A stretch of 57,238 bases of DNA, from positions 1 through 57,238 of the forward strand of contig JBKAGE010000060.1 in NCBI GenBank assembly GCA_046290225.1, in the 5' to 3' direction. The notes beneath the pieces are model-generated. The model was given only the letters and a program-made list of their open reading frames with translations, searched no databases and was not told where the DNA came from. Source of the DNA: Bradymonadia bacterium (GTDB taxonomy: Bacteria > Myxococcota_A > Bradymonadia > UBA7976 > UBA1532). A program made the position numbers and the translations under genes. Shown in pieces: positions 27,519-36,183 of the stretch (the first letter of the stretch is position 1; each line of letters opens with the position of its first letter).

Positions 27519-28799
27519 CTATGCCCCAAACAAGTCGAGGGTCTCGGCGCCGATGAGCGGGAACTGAGCTCGAGAGGGACCTGTCTCGGCGATCCCAGCG
27601 AGGCGGCGCAGGGCGAGGTGGACCGCGCCAGGCTGAATGCGCACGCCACCAGACTCCACCACCTGCAGAGTGGCGGGATCGACCTCCATGGGCCGGTGCC
27701 GGGCGTCGGTCTCGCCGATGACCATGTTGCCCGGGATGCCGGCGCCCATGAGCAACATGCTGGTGATGGACCAGTGATCCTTGCCGTTGCCGTCGTTGTA
27801 GCCCGGGGTGCGGCCAAAATCTGAACCCACCACCACGATCAGCTCGTCGGCGATGCCCTGGCGCTCGGCCTCGGCCCAGGCGAAGTCAACACCTTGGAGC
27901 AGCTCCGCCAGACGCGGGATGTGCGAGGCGTCGTGGTTCCCATGGGTGTCGAAGCCGCCGATGGTGAGGTTGGCGGATCGCGCCACGCCGGCGCGGAAGG
28001 CTGCCATGGCCACCTGAGCCTGACGGTTGAGCGAGGCGCGGTCGAACTCCGCAGGCAGGTACTCGCTCAGGCGCTTCACCTCGCTCTGACTCACCCGGGC
28101 GGTGAACAGGGCGTTGATGCCGTGCTGAGGGCGCCCGAGGTTGAAGGTGCGCTCGAGGTGCCCCCGGCGTCGGTTCTGGGCGGCGAGGATCCGCCCCATG
28201 ATGGACGGATCGTGGAACGTGTTGTTGGGATCGCCGTTGGTGCTGTTGGGGTAGGCGATGCGGTTGAGGGCTCCGATGTTGCCGGTGCGGGTGGGGGCCA
28301 CGAGGCCCCCGGTGTTGTCATAGCCCCCGTTGCTGATGAAGGCCATGGGGCGCCGCTCGGCGTCAGGGGCGGCGATGAGGGCCGCCAGGCTGGGGTAGCC
28401 CTCGTTGAGCTTGCCGCTCCAGGTGTGGCGTACACCAGCGTCGTGGTTGTTGGTCTGAGTGTCGACGCCGTTGAGCACCATGGTGCGGGTGTAGTGCTTC
28501 TGGAAGAACTCGGCGTTGAACCCCACCGGGGCGTACTTGATGTTGCCCGCTTCACCGATGTCGTCGGTGAAGTACATGTTCATCGGATCTTCCTCTTCTT
28601 CAGAGGCTCGACCCTTGGGATCACACAAAGACGTGGGATCCCACCCACCACCAGCGTGCACGAAGAGCCAGAAAGGCCCCTTGTTCTCCTCTTCACCCAT
28701 GCCCTGGGCGCTCAGGCTGCCGAAGGGAGTAGCCACGGCGAGGCCACAGGCCCCGGCCAGCTTCAGGAAGTCTCGACGATCAAAGCGCTTGTTGTTCAT
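27519..28799 (-). CDS. Tat-exported DUF1501-family protein
   Basis: RRDFLK twin-arginine signal; GGWD; GGFDTH; SDFGRTP...GKDHW; RBS AGGAGG. Confidence 0.88.
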   Translation of the reverse strand: MNNKRFDRRDFLKLAGACGLAVATPFGSLSAQGMGEEENKGPFWLFVHAGGGWDPTSLCDPKGRASEEEEDPMNMYFTDDIGEAGNIKYAPVGFNAEFFQKHYTRTMVLNGVDTQTNNHDAGVRHTWSGKLNEGYPSLAALIAAPDAERRPMAFISNGGYDNTGGLVAPTRTGNIGALNRIAYPNSTNGDPNNTFHDPSIMGRILAAQNRRRGHLERTFNLGRPQHGINALFTARVSQSEVKRLSEYLPAEFDRASLNRQAQVAMAAFRAGVARSANLTIGGFDTHGNHDASHIPRLAELLQGVDFAWAEAERQGIADELIVVVGSDFGRTPGYNDGNGKDHWSITSMLLMGAGIPGNMVIGETDARHRPMEVDPATLQVVESGGVRIQPGAVHLALRRLAGIAETGPSRAQFPLIGAETLDLFGA

Positions 28800-28809
28800 C
28801 AGAGCCTCC

Positions 28810-31200
28810 TTACTGGTACAGGAATCGCCAGTCGGCGAGCAGATAGGTGATGACCGCGGCCCACGAGCGCACCACGTAGTTGTCGTCTCTGAAGACCCGC
28901 ATCTCTTCTGGCACCGGCTCTTCGGTGTAGAAATCGCCGTTGGCGTGACAGTGGCTGGGTAGATCCCGAGGCATCAGCCCCTGGGCCACACCCACCCGAC
29001 CCTCGCGCCACACCGACATGAAGAGTTCGAAGGTGGCGTCGATCTCGGGGTGGTCGAGATCGAGCACCTCGCCGAGGATGCGATAGTGCAGGTAGCGGAT
29101 GTTCTCCCGAATCGCCTGCTGGGCTCCGTCGATGGCGAAGCCGTTGTCGTCTTCAGGGGTGAAGGTGCGCTCCACATAGGGCAGCAAGTCGCGATCCGCG
29201 GCGAGCTTGGTGAACTCTCGTGGGGAGAGCAGACAACCCATCTCCGAGGCCATGCGCAGGCCGATGTTGGCCATGATGCCGTTGGGCTCGGAGATGCGCC
29301 GGGTGATGTTGTCGCTGTCGATGCCCCCATAGAAGTAGGCCATCTCGCGGCCGTCGAGGAGCAGATCTCGATCGCCCACCCGGCGCTTCCAGGGGTAACC
29401 GGTGACAGCAATGATGCGCTGGTGCAGCTCTTCGGGCGTGAGCAGCCGGGTGGCCCCGAGCGGATCGAGCACCGACATCTCGTCTTCGGTGAGATCGTCG
29501 CTCCCCTGAGCGCGATAGAAGGGGCTCACCACGATGTCGGGGATGATGGTCTTGAGCTGGTGCCCGCTGGCGACGAAGCGCTCGGCGAGGGTGCGCAAGA
29601 ACGCCTGCTCGAGGTTGTAGAAGGCCAGCTGGGCATCGAAGCCCGGGGCGTTCGGATCAGTAGGGTTGGCCATGGGGGGTCGGCCGATGAGGCCTTGATA
29701 CACCACCTGTACGGCGGCGATGGCGAAGCGCTCGTCGGCGACGATGCGCTCTGCCGCCCACTGCAGGGCTCGAGGGTACTCCGCCGGAGGCAGCACATCG
29801 TCACCAAAGCCCGGGGGCCGCAGTGACTCGGGCCACTCGGCGTCTTCCACCAAGCGAGCGCGGCCGTCCCAGTTGCGGAACACGCCGGCGAGGGGATCGA
29901 CCTGCTCGTGGCACACCGCGCACTGCGGATCGTTCATCGTGGGGTTGTGCCCCTCGAACTGAGTGGGATCCACCGGGCGCTCGGCCTTCTTCAAGATGTC
30001 GGTGGCCAGGAAGAACAGCCACACCATCCGAGAGCGGTGGCGGTTGAGGTTGGTCTCGGTGGTGGGGAACCGGTTGAGGAACATCGGATCGGTGAGCAAC
30101 CCCGCATGGGCCATGTCGGGGATGTGCCCCACCCGCCATTCCTCGGGATCGGCCATGTCGTCGAAGTCGATGTCGTCGATGCCGTAGGCCTGGGCCACAT
30201 AGGGGTTGGCCACCATATAGTCGGCGGTGAGGATCTCGGTGAAGGGCAGATCGTTGCGCACCACGTGGGCGATCAGCTCGAGGGGGGCACGGGCCACGCC
30301 GACATTGGTGTAGCGGCGGCCGAGGGTGCGGGCCTCTGACTCTTCGGGCAGCTCGTTGTAGTACTTGCGGGGGAATCGATCGCCGTCGAGCAGGTCGAGG
30401 GCCGACTCGCCGGGCAGGTATTTGTCGGTGAGCAGGTGGTCGTTGTACCAGCGCATGAGCTGGTCATAGAAGGCGTCGTCTTCGAGCAGCCCGGCGACGA
30501 TGTCCCGGAGGGCCTCTTCGCCTTCCACGGTGACCTGGTCGAGGGCGTCAGCGCCGGGCAGTGTGCCCGTGAGCTGCAGCTGGGCCTGCCTCAACGTCGA
30601 GGGCAGGTCGAGCAGCCGCACCCGGTCGAGCAGACCGCGATCGTCCATCTGAGTCGCACATTCCACCGGGTTCTCGAACCGATCGAGCAACCCCTCGAGG
30701 GCGGCATATTGGGCCCCCTCTGCGTCGATGCGCACACCGCCACCGTGATCGACCTGCCCGGTGGGCTTGAGCAGCAAGATCGAGGTGCCGTCGCGCTCGT
30801 ATGCGGCGACCTCTCGAAGCGTGTTCATGTTTTCTGAGAGGTAGTTGGCCTCAGAAGGGCTCAACAGCACCATCATCGAGTTCCGCGCCGCCCCCTGAGG
30901 GTTGTGACAGCTCAGACAGTCGGTCTCCAGCAAGGGAAGAGAGACCTCGCGCTGGAAGAACTCCAGATCGGAAACACAGCCCTCTTCTCCGCCAGCGCCT
31001 GCTGCGCCGCCCCCATTGCCGCCAGTGGCGCCACCATCGGGGATGTCCAGGGCGGTTTGTCCTCCGCCATCATCACAGGCCGCGAGACCGCCAGCGAGCC
31101 CTGCGATCAGGGCCGACTGCAGCCAGAGGGCGCGCCGTATCGAGCGTGCGCCTCGGGGACCAGAACGACTGGTCCACCAGTGGATGAGTCTGTCTCTCAT
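28810..31200 (-). CDS. Diheme c-type lipoprotein, DUF1592/DUF1588-like partner of DUF1501
   Basis: Lipobox LAAC-DD; CLSCH; LLLKP...HGGG; FTEILTADY; AGLLT..FL.RF..T..NRHR; CAVCHEQVDP; strong RBS AGGAGGTG. Confidence 0.8.
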   Translation of the reverse strand: MRDRLIHWWTSRSGPRGARSIRRALWLQSALIAGLAGGLAACDDGGGQTALDIPDGGATGGNGGGAAGAGGEEGCVSDLEFFQREVSLPLLETDCLSCHNPQGAARNSMMVLLSPSEANYLSENMNTLREVAAYERDGTSILLLKPTGQVDHGGGVRIDAEGAQYAALEGLLDRFENPVECATQMDDRGLLDRVRLLDLPSTLRQAQLQLTGTLPGADALDQVTVEGEEALRDIVAGLLEDDAFYDQLMRWYNDHLLTDKYLPGESALDLLDGDRFPRKYYNELPEESEARTLGRRYTNVGVARAPLELIAHVVRNDLPFTEILTADYMVANPYVAQAYGIDDIDFDDMADPEEWRVGHIPDMAHAGLLTDPMFLNRFPTTETNLNRHRSRMVWLFFLATDILKKAERPVDPTQFEGHNPTMNDPQCAVCHEQVDPLAGVFRNWDGRARLVEDAEWPESLRPPGFGDDVLPPAEYPRALQWAAERIVADERFAIAAVQVVYQGLIGRPPMANPTDPNAPGFDAQLAFYNLEQAFLRTLAERFVASGHQLKTIIPDIVVSPFYRAQGSDDLTEDEMSVLDPLGATRLLTPEELHQRIIAVTGYPWKRRVGDRDLLLDGREMAYFYGGIDSDNITRRISEPNGIMANIGLRMASEMGCLLSPREFTKLAADRDLLPYVERTFTPEDDNGFAIDGAQQAIRENIRYLHYRILGEVLDLDHPEIDATFELFMSVWREGRVGVAQGLMPRDLPSHCHANGDFYTEEPVPEEMRVFRDDNYVVRSWAAVITYLLADWRFLYQ

Positions 31201-31266
31201 GGGACCTCACCTCCTGTGTCTGGCCGACACCGTACGCATGCATGACACACCATATGTGCGCTTGCG

Positions 31267-31281
31267 GCACGGAGGGTGCCC
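31267..31281 (-). promoter_or_regulatory. Possible sigma54 (-24/-12) promoter for the diheme lipoprotein-DUF1501 operon
   Basis: Minus strand GGGCACCCTCCGTGC has GG-N10-GC spacing with a GGCAC core, about 65 nt upstream of ATG 31200. Confidence 0.4.
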
Positions 31282-31310
31282 TACAGGGCGGCACAATGTC
31301 GGTTGATGGA

Positions 31311-31339
31311 GCCTACATGCTTGAATGTAGGCGGTTTTT
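31311..31339. promoter_or_regulatory. 8-bp inverted repeat followed by a T-run (activator site or plus-strand terminator)
   Basis: GCCTACAT-gcttga-ATGTAGGC-ggTTTTT. Confidence 0.4.
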
Positions 31340-31441
31340 CTCAGCAACGCCGTGGCGGGGCGATGATACAGAAACCATGGTTCACATGCACAAAGATCTG
31401 CATGGAATGCATCACATTGATGAGAATTATGATGCCCTGAA

Positions 31442-32257
31442 TCAGGGCATGCCGGCGTCTGCGGGGGGCGCAGCGTCTTCCATCATCCCGACCGATGCGT
31501 CTGGTGGATCTGCATCGGGTACCTCGGCGTTGGGGATTTCGGCATCAGGGATTTCGGCGTTGGGGATTTCGGCGTCGGGGATCTCTGCATCGGGAGGTGG
31601 GGGCATTGCATCTGGCGCCCCCGGGCACTCAGCGCAGGTAGAGCCTTCTCCGAGGAACTCGCCGCGGCAGCGTCGGGCGTCGTCGATGGCGCAGCTGTCG
31701 TCGCCACAGCATGCCCCGATCTCACCAGCCGGGCACGGATCCGGGTTACAGGCCACTGCGTCGCCGATGAAGAGACTGCCTGCCTGAGCACACAGGGTGG
31801 AGGTCTCCTGGGTACACATCCCCAGGGGATCACAGCACGCACCTGTAGAGGGTGGGGGACAGCGATCAGCATCTTCACAGGCTGTGCCCGCCCCTTCGAA
31901 TGCGCCCCGAGCGGAGATACACGCCGCCTCACCGAGCAGCCCGCACCCACCCTCGGGCAGGCAGCACGCACCCCGAGCGCCCACTGCGCATGGATCGGGA
32001 TCGCAGGCCACATTGGCCCCGATGAAGGCCCGGCCGGTGCCCTCACAGGCCCCTTGGGTTTCTTGAGTGCAGCTGGAGCCACAGCACGCACCCACTGGCG
32101 GTGGTGCACCGTCAGCCCCAATGGCACCGTCAGCGCCGAGATTGGCATCTGCAGTCGAGCCGCTGTCCGAGCCGTCGTCGCAGCTCGCTGTCAAGGCGAC
32201 GAGCGCCAGAAAGAGGGTTGAATTGAAGCGTCGGACGAACGAAATGGGGGCGCCCAT
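31442..32257 (-). CDS. Cys-rich lipoprotein with four GACC repeats and a (D/N)AEIP tandem tail
   Basis: Lipobox TASC-DD; four GACC...C.....C...G..F.G....C...C units; start chosen at MGAPISF. Confidence 0.8.
   Translation of the reverse strand: MGAPISFVRRFNSTLFLALVALTASCDDGSDSGSTADANLGADGAIGADGAPPPVGACCGSSCTQETQGACEGTGRAFIGANVACDPDPCAVGARGACCLPEGGCGLLGEAACISARGAFEGAGTACEDADRCPPPSTGACCDPLGMCTQETSTLCAQAGSLFIGDAVACNPDPCPAGEIGACCGDDSCAIDDARRCRGEFLGEGSTCAECPGAPDAMPPPPDAEIPDAEIPNAEIPDAEIPNAEVPDADPPDASVGMMEDAAPPADAGMP
31514..31594 (-). repeat. 15-nt tandem repeat (about 5 copies) encoding (D/N)AE(I/V)P
   Basis: Repeated ggggatttcggcgtt/ggcatc units. Confidence 0.85.
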
Positions 32258-32330
32258 GAGATCCTGCGGCGTGATGGCACGTGTGGGCAGGATAGTCTCG
32301 TCGACGATTTCTTGGAGGAGATTCGCCAAA

Positions 32331-33131
32331 ATGGTCCCACTTCAGGTGTTTGGCGCGGTCGTCGCGCTGCTCGTCGCCGCACGAGAGGGCCGTCGAGGGA
32401 CCGAAGCGGGTCGTTGGATCAACTTCTGGTGTCTAGTGATCGCCCTCTGGGCTGCTGAATGGGCAGGGCACATCCTCTTCGGTCTTCACAGCTACACTGA
32501 TGGATGGTGGCGTCCGCTGGGCCCAGTCCCGCCTCTCGCACCCCTGGTCTGGGCCGCAGTGATCACCACGGCGGCGCGCCTTGCGGGTGGCCGGGCGGTC
32601 GTCGCCGGATGCATCGTGGCCTTCGACTTGGCGGTGATCGGCCCTGTGGGCATTCAAAGCGGACTCTGGATCTGGCAGAAGCCAGGCCTCTTCGATTTTC
32701 CCCTGGAAGCATCGGTGGCGTGGGGCGGCTTCGCCGCAGGATGGGTGGGGATCATGGACGCCGGGCGTACATCGCCACTCTGGGAACGCATCGCTCTGGC
32801 GCTCCCCGTCGCCTTCGTGGGCATGCTGGTCATGTCAGCGGGGTTGGGTTGGGTGCTGAGCCATGTGGATCCTCAACCCTTCATCGTGCCTCACCTGTGG
32901 GCGGTGATCGCGGGGTGGATGCTCTCTGCGGGGGTGGCCTGGCGGGTCGCTGCCCGAGGACACGCTGATCCACGGGCGGCACTGGAGCGTCTGCCCGGCG
33001 CGGCTCTGGTGGGCGCGCTCTTGATCGCATATGGGCACGACGTGCCGCCCCTCGTGGCTTTCGCTGCAGGGGCGCTGCCGCCTTATCTCGCTACATGTAT
33101 GCCTTTGTGGTTGACGCCTCGGGCGCAGTGA
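32331..33131 (+). CDS. Polytopic membrane protein, DUF422/CruF carotenoid-biosynthesis-like
   Basis: RBS GGAGGAG before ATG 32331; Y...LGPVP...W, DL...P.....GLWIW...G...FPL....W pattern. Confidence 0.55.
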   Translation: MVPLQVFGAVVALLVAAREGRRGTEAGRWINFWCLVIALWAAEWAGHILFGLHSYTDGWWRPLGPVPPLAPLVWAAVITTAARLAGGRAVVAGCIVAFDLAVIGPVGIQSGLWIWQKPGLFDFPLEASVAWGGFAAGWVGIMDAGRTSPLWERIALALPVAFVGMLVMSAGLGWVLSHVDPQPFIVPHLWAVIAGWMLSAGVAWRVAARGHADPRAALERLPGAALVGALLIAYGHDVPPLVAFAAGALPPYLATCMPLWLTPRAQ

Positions 33132-33201
33132 CGGTTGCGCCATGGTGGTCCGTAGGGGTATCTTATCGGCTGAGGGAGGTGCGGGTGGCAGATGTAGGCC
33201 T

Positions 33202-35370
33202 ATGAGCGACGAAACACTGTTCTGCCCCCAATGCGGTACCGCCCTCGCCGAGGGCGCGCGTACATGCGCCAATGATCACGGCATCACTGGTGGTGTGTAC
33301 GGGGTCACCCGCGAAGATCTAGAGGCCACCCCCAGGGCAAAGCGTCACCTGCTCGGGGTTGAGGTCAACCACGCATACATCATCGATGGCTATCTCGGCT
33401 CCGGCGGCTTTGGCGCCGTGTACCGCGCAGTGCAGAAGACCCTTGAGCGTCATGTGGCCCTCAAGCTGCTGGTCCTCGAAGCAGGCACTGAAGAGACGGT
33501 CATCGAGCGGTTCAAGCGCGAGGCCCGTACCGCGGCACAGATCCTCGATCCCAACGTGGTCACTTTGTTCGATTACGGTGAGGCGGCCCTCGGCGATCAC
33601 GAGTCCGACCGTGTGCTCTACATGGCCATGGAGCTTATCGACGGGCCGACCCTACGTCGCGTGATCAAGCGCTCGAAGGGTCTCGGGCTCGAGGCATCGC
33701 TCAAGGTGGGCGTGGCCATCTTGCGGGGGCTCGCTGCCGCCCATCAGATGGGCGTGGTGCACCGCGATCTCAAGCCCTCGAACGTGCTCATCGACGAGAG
33801 CAAGGGCCGCGAGTGGCACGCACGCCTCTTCGACTTCGGCATCGCCTCGCTGCAAGGGGCCGGCAACCACACACAGCTCACCAACGAGGGCGGGGTGCTC
33901 GGCACGCCGAAGTACATGGCGCCTGAGCAGTGGCGTGCGCTGCCCACCACCCCGGCCACCGACATCTACGCGTTTGGTTGTATTCTCGCCGAGATGCTCA
34001 CCGGTCAGCCGCCCGTGCCCAAGATGGAGCTGGCGGAGATGGCCCGGGCTCATTGTCGAGGCCCTCGCCCTCACGTGACGATGACGAGCAAGGGTGAGTC
34101 GGTGCCTGTGGCGCTGACCAACTTCATCAAACGCTGCACCGGCGTGGATCCATCCCGACGTTACGCGGTGGCGCAAGAGGCCCTCGAGGTGCTCGAGGCT
34201 GTGTCTCGAGATCGAGATGCGGCCCATGTGCCTCAGGTGGCGCCGCAGTCTACCTGGCCCCGCGATGACTCCGGCAGCGACATCGGGCCCATGATGGGGG
34301 CCGAGCCGGCGGGTACGCCCCCCGCGGCGGCCATGGCGTCCTCCGACAACATGGTGGCCCTCGCGCCAGCGGCGACGCCGGTACCCACAGGGGTGCTGGC
34401 CCCCTCGCCGAATCCTTCTGGAGAGTGGTCGCCTGATGCATCGCAAGAGACGGGCAGCATCAGCGCCTCGGTCTCTCGAGAGGCCTCGTGGGACACCGGA
34501 GGGCCTCCACCGCCAGCGCCACGGCGCGCCTGGGCCATTGGTGCCCTGCTCGGCGCGGTCGCTGCGATCCTTCTGGTGATCATGTTCCGCTCGGAGACTT
34601 CACCTGGGGTCGTCGGTGCCACCGCACCGGCGCCACGGACCATGGTGCCGGCTCAACCGGCCCTGCCTCCGATGGAGGACACGTCCCCTGATGATTCCAA
34701 GCTGGCTGCCCACGACGGCCTGTCCGGGTCGAACCCTGAGCACAATACCGCTGAGCACAATACCGCTGAGCACAAGACCGCTGAGCTCGAAGAAGCACCA
34801 GTGAACGAGATGCGCCTCGATGCGCCCACAGCCGATCCTGACACGCCGTCAGAGACGGCTGCGCTCATGGCCGAGCCCATGAAGGCGCCCACACTCCAGA
34901 AGCCCTTGCCCCACGAGCCGGTACCCCAGATGGCGGGTACCGAGCCCCCGAGTGAGGCGGCGACAGAGCCGTCCGTCAAGGCCGACGTGGTCGCTCAGGT
35001 GCCGCCCAAGCCCCGGGCCCAGAAGCCCCGGAGGGTGCGCAAGCGTCGCGCGGCGCCAAAGCCTGCACCCGAGCCTGTGGCAGTTGAAGAGGTCGTCGTC
35101 AAGCAGGCGCCGGCCACCGCCGTCGCCAGCGCGATCGCACCTGCTCAAGTGATCCCGAAACAGGTGGCACCCCAGCCGACGACGCCGCCAGCTGCCCTGG
35201 CGCTGTACGACAAAGCTCGCGATGCTGAGCATCGCGGCGCACCCCGCAGCGCCGAGCGGCTGTATCGCAAGGCCCTCGATGGTGGCCTGCAAGGCTCCGA
35301 GGCCCGGTCGGCTCGGGCCAGCATCAAACGCCTGCAGCAGACCATCGCCCTGGATCAAAACGAGTTCTGA
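33202..35370 (+). CDS. Membrane Hanks-type Ser/Thr kinase (N-terminal Zn-ribbon-like, kinase, TM, Pro-rich periplasmic tail with TPR-like end)
   Basis: CPQCG; LGSGGFGAVY; VALK; HRDLKPSN; DFG; GTPKYMAPE; DIYAFG; TM AWAIGALLGAVAAILLVIMF. Confidence 0.93.
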   Translation: MSDETLFCPQCGTALAEGARTCANDHGITGGVYGVTREDLEATPRAKRHLLGVEVNHAYIIDGYLGSGGFGAVYRAVQKTLERHVALKLLVLEAGTEETVIERFKREARTAAQILDPNVVTLFDYGEAALGDHESDRVLYMAMELIDGPTLRRVIKRSKGLGLEASLKVGVAILRGLAAAHQMGVVHRDLKPSNVLIDESKGREWHARLFDFGIASLQGAGNHTQLTNEGGVLGTPKYMAPEQWRALPTTPATDIYAFGCILAEMLTGQPPVPKMELAEMARAHCRGPRPHVTMTSKGESVPVALTNFIKRCTGVDPSRRYAVAQEALEVLEAVSRDRDAAHVPQVAPQSTWPRDDSGSDIGPMMGAEPAGTPPAAAMASSDNMVALAPAATPVPTGVLAPSPNPSGEWSPDASQETGSISASVSREASWDTGGPPPPAPRRAWAIGALLGAVAAILLVIMFRSETSPGVVGATAPAPRTMVPAQPALPPMEDTSPDDSKLAAHDGLSGSNPEHNTAEHNTAEHKTAELEEAPVNEMRLDAPTADPDTPSETAALMAEPMKAPTLQKPLPHEPVPQMAGTEPPSEAATEPSVKADVVAQVPPKPRAQKPRRVRKRRAAPKPAPEPVAVEEVVVKQAPATAVASAIAPAQVIPKQVAPQPTTPPAALALYDKARDAEHRGAPRSAERLYRKALDGGLQGSEARSARASIKRLQQTIALDQNEF
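34738..34785 (+). repeat. 15-nt near-perfect tandem repeat x3 (EH(N/K)TA) in the kinase periplasmic tail
   Basis: gagcacaataccgct gagcacaataccgct gagcacaagaccgct gag. Confidence 0.9.
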
Positions 35371-35380
35371 GGTCCAACCC

Positions 35381-36124
35381 TTGATCCCATCTCTTGCCCG
35401 CCGCGCCGCCGTCGCTTCTCTTTGTGGCGCAGCACTCCTCGCCCCGCATGGCGCCCTCGCCCAGGCAGGTCAATGTACGCCCACTGATGCGGTCACTGCA
35501 GAGGTGAACTCCCGCCAGGGCGTCGAGATGGCGCGCCAGGGTGATTACGAAGGGGCCCTGGCGCTGTTCCGCGTTGCGGCCAAGCTCGACGCTTGTGAGC
35601 CTGAGTATCCCTTGCTTCAAGCGAGGGCGTTGGGCCGTACTGGGCGCCGAGAAGAGGCTGTGGGGCTCTACAATCAGGTGGTCTCGGCGTTCCCTGGCAC
35701 ACCGGCCGCCGAGCGGGCCATCCGTGAGCGCGACGCCCTCAAGGCGCAGGCCCCTGTGGGTGATCCCAGCGGCAAGCCGACCACCGAGGGCATCGACTGG
35801 CCTCTGGTGGGGTATGTAGGGGCTGGCTTCGGCGCTCTCATGGTCGCTGGTGGCGTGATTTTCGCCCTCGATGCTCAAAGCGCCGATGACGATATCCCCA
35901 GCGCCATCGCCCGTGGGGATCGCGGCCGTTACGATGAACTGGTCAGCCAGCGCGACTCATCTTCGACGTTGTCCTACGTCTTCTACGGCCTCGGCGGTGC
36001 GTTGATCATCGGTGGCGTATCTGCCGTGCTCTTCGCGCCGGAAGCCCGCGAGTCAACACCACAGATCACGGTGGTGCCTGATCCTCGAGGCGGGGCCCAC
36101 TTCGGCTGGACCGTCCGTTTCTGA
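35381..36124 (+). CDS. Exported TPR protein with C-terminal hydrophobic hairpin and terminal beta-strand/Phe
   Basis: TTG start 10 nt after the kinase stop; signal peptide ending ALA; TPR GDYEGALALFRVA...GRREEAVGLY; two Gly-rich hydrophobic helices; ends FGWTVRF. Confidence 0.8.
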   Translation: MIPSLARRAAVASLCGAALLAPHGALAQAGQCTPTDAVTAEVNSRQGVEMARQGDYEGALALFRVAAKLDACEPEYPLLQARALGRTGRREEAVGLYNQVVSAFPGTPAAERAIRERDALKAQAPVGDPSGKPTTEGIDWPLVGYVGAGFGALMVAGGVIFALDAQSADDDIPSAIARGDRGRYDELVSQRDSSSTLSYVFYGLGGALIIGGVSAVLFAPEARESTPQITVVPDPRGGAHFGWTVRF

Positions 36125-36183
36125 TACATAGGGTGCTGCACCCGTATGTACTCGGGTGTACGTGAATGGCATGAAGGACGAAC

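Noticed and set aside
31242..31787. 181-aa plus-strand ORF with GISAS repeats
   Set aside because: Antisense reading of the DAEIP repeats of the GACC lipoprotein, plus intergenic DNA.
32067..32330. N-terminal extensions of the DUF422-like ORF (also the TPR ORF 35222-35380 and the EamA ORF 42566-42709)
   Set aside because: They overlap neighbouring real genes; downstream starts fit better (RBS for the DUF422-like and TPR genes, signal peptide for TPR).
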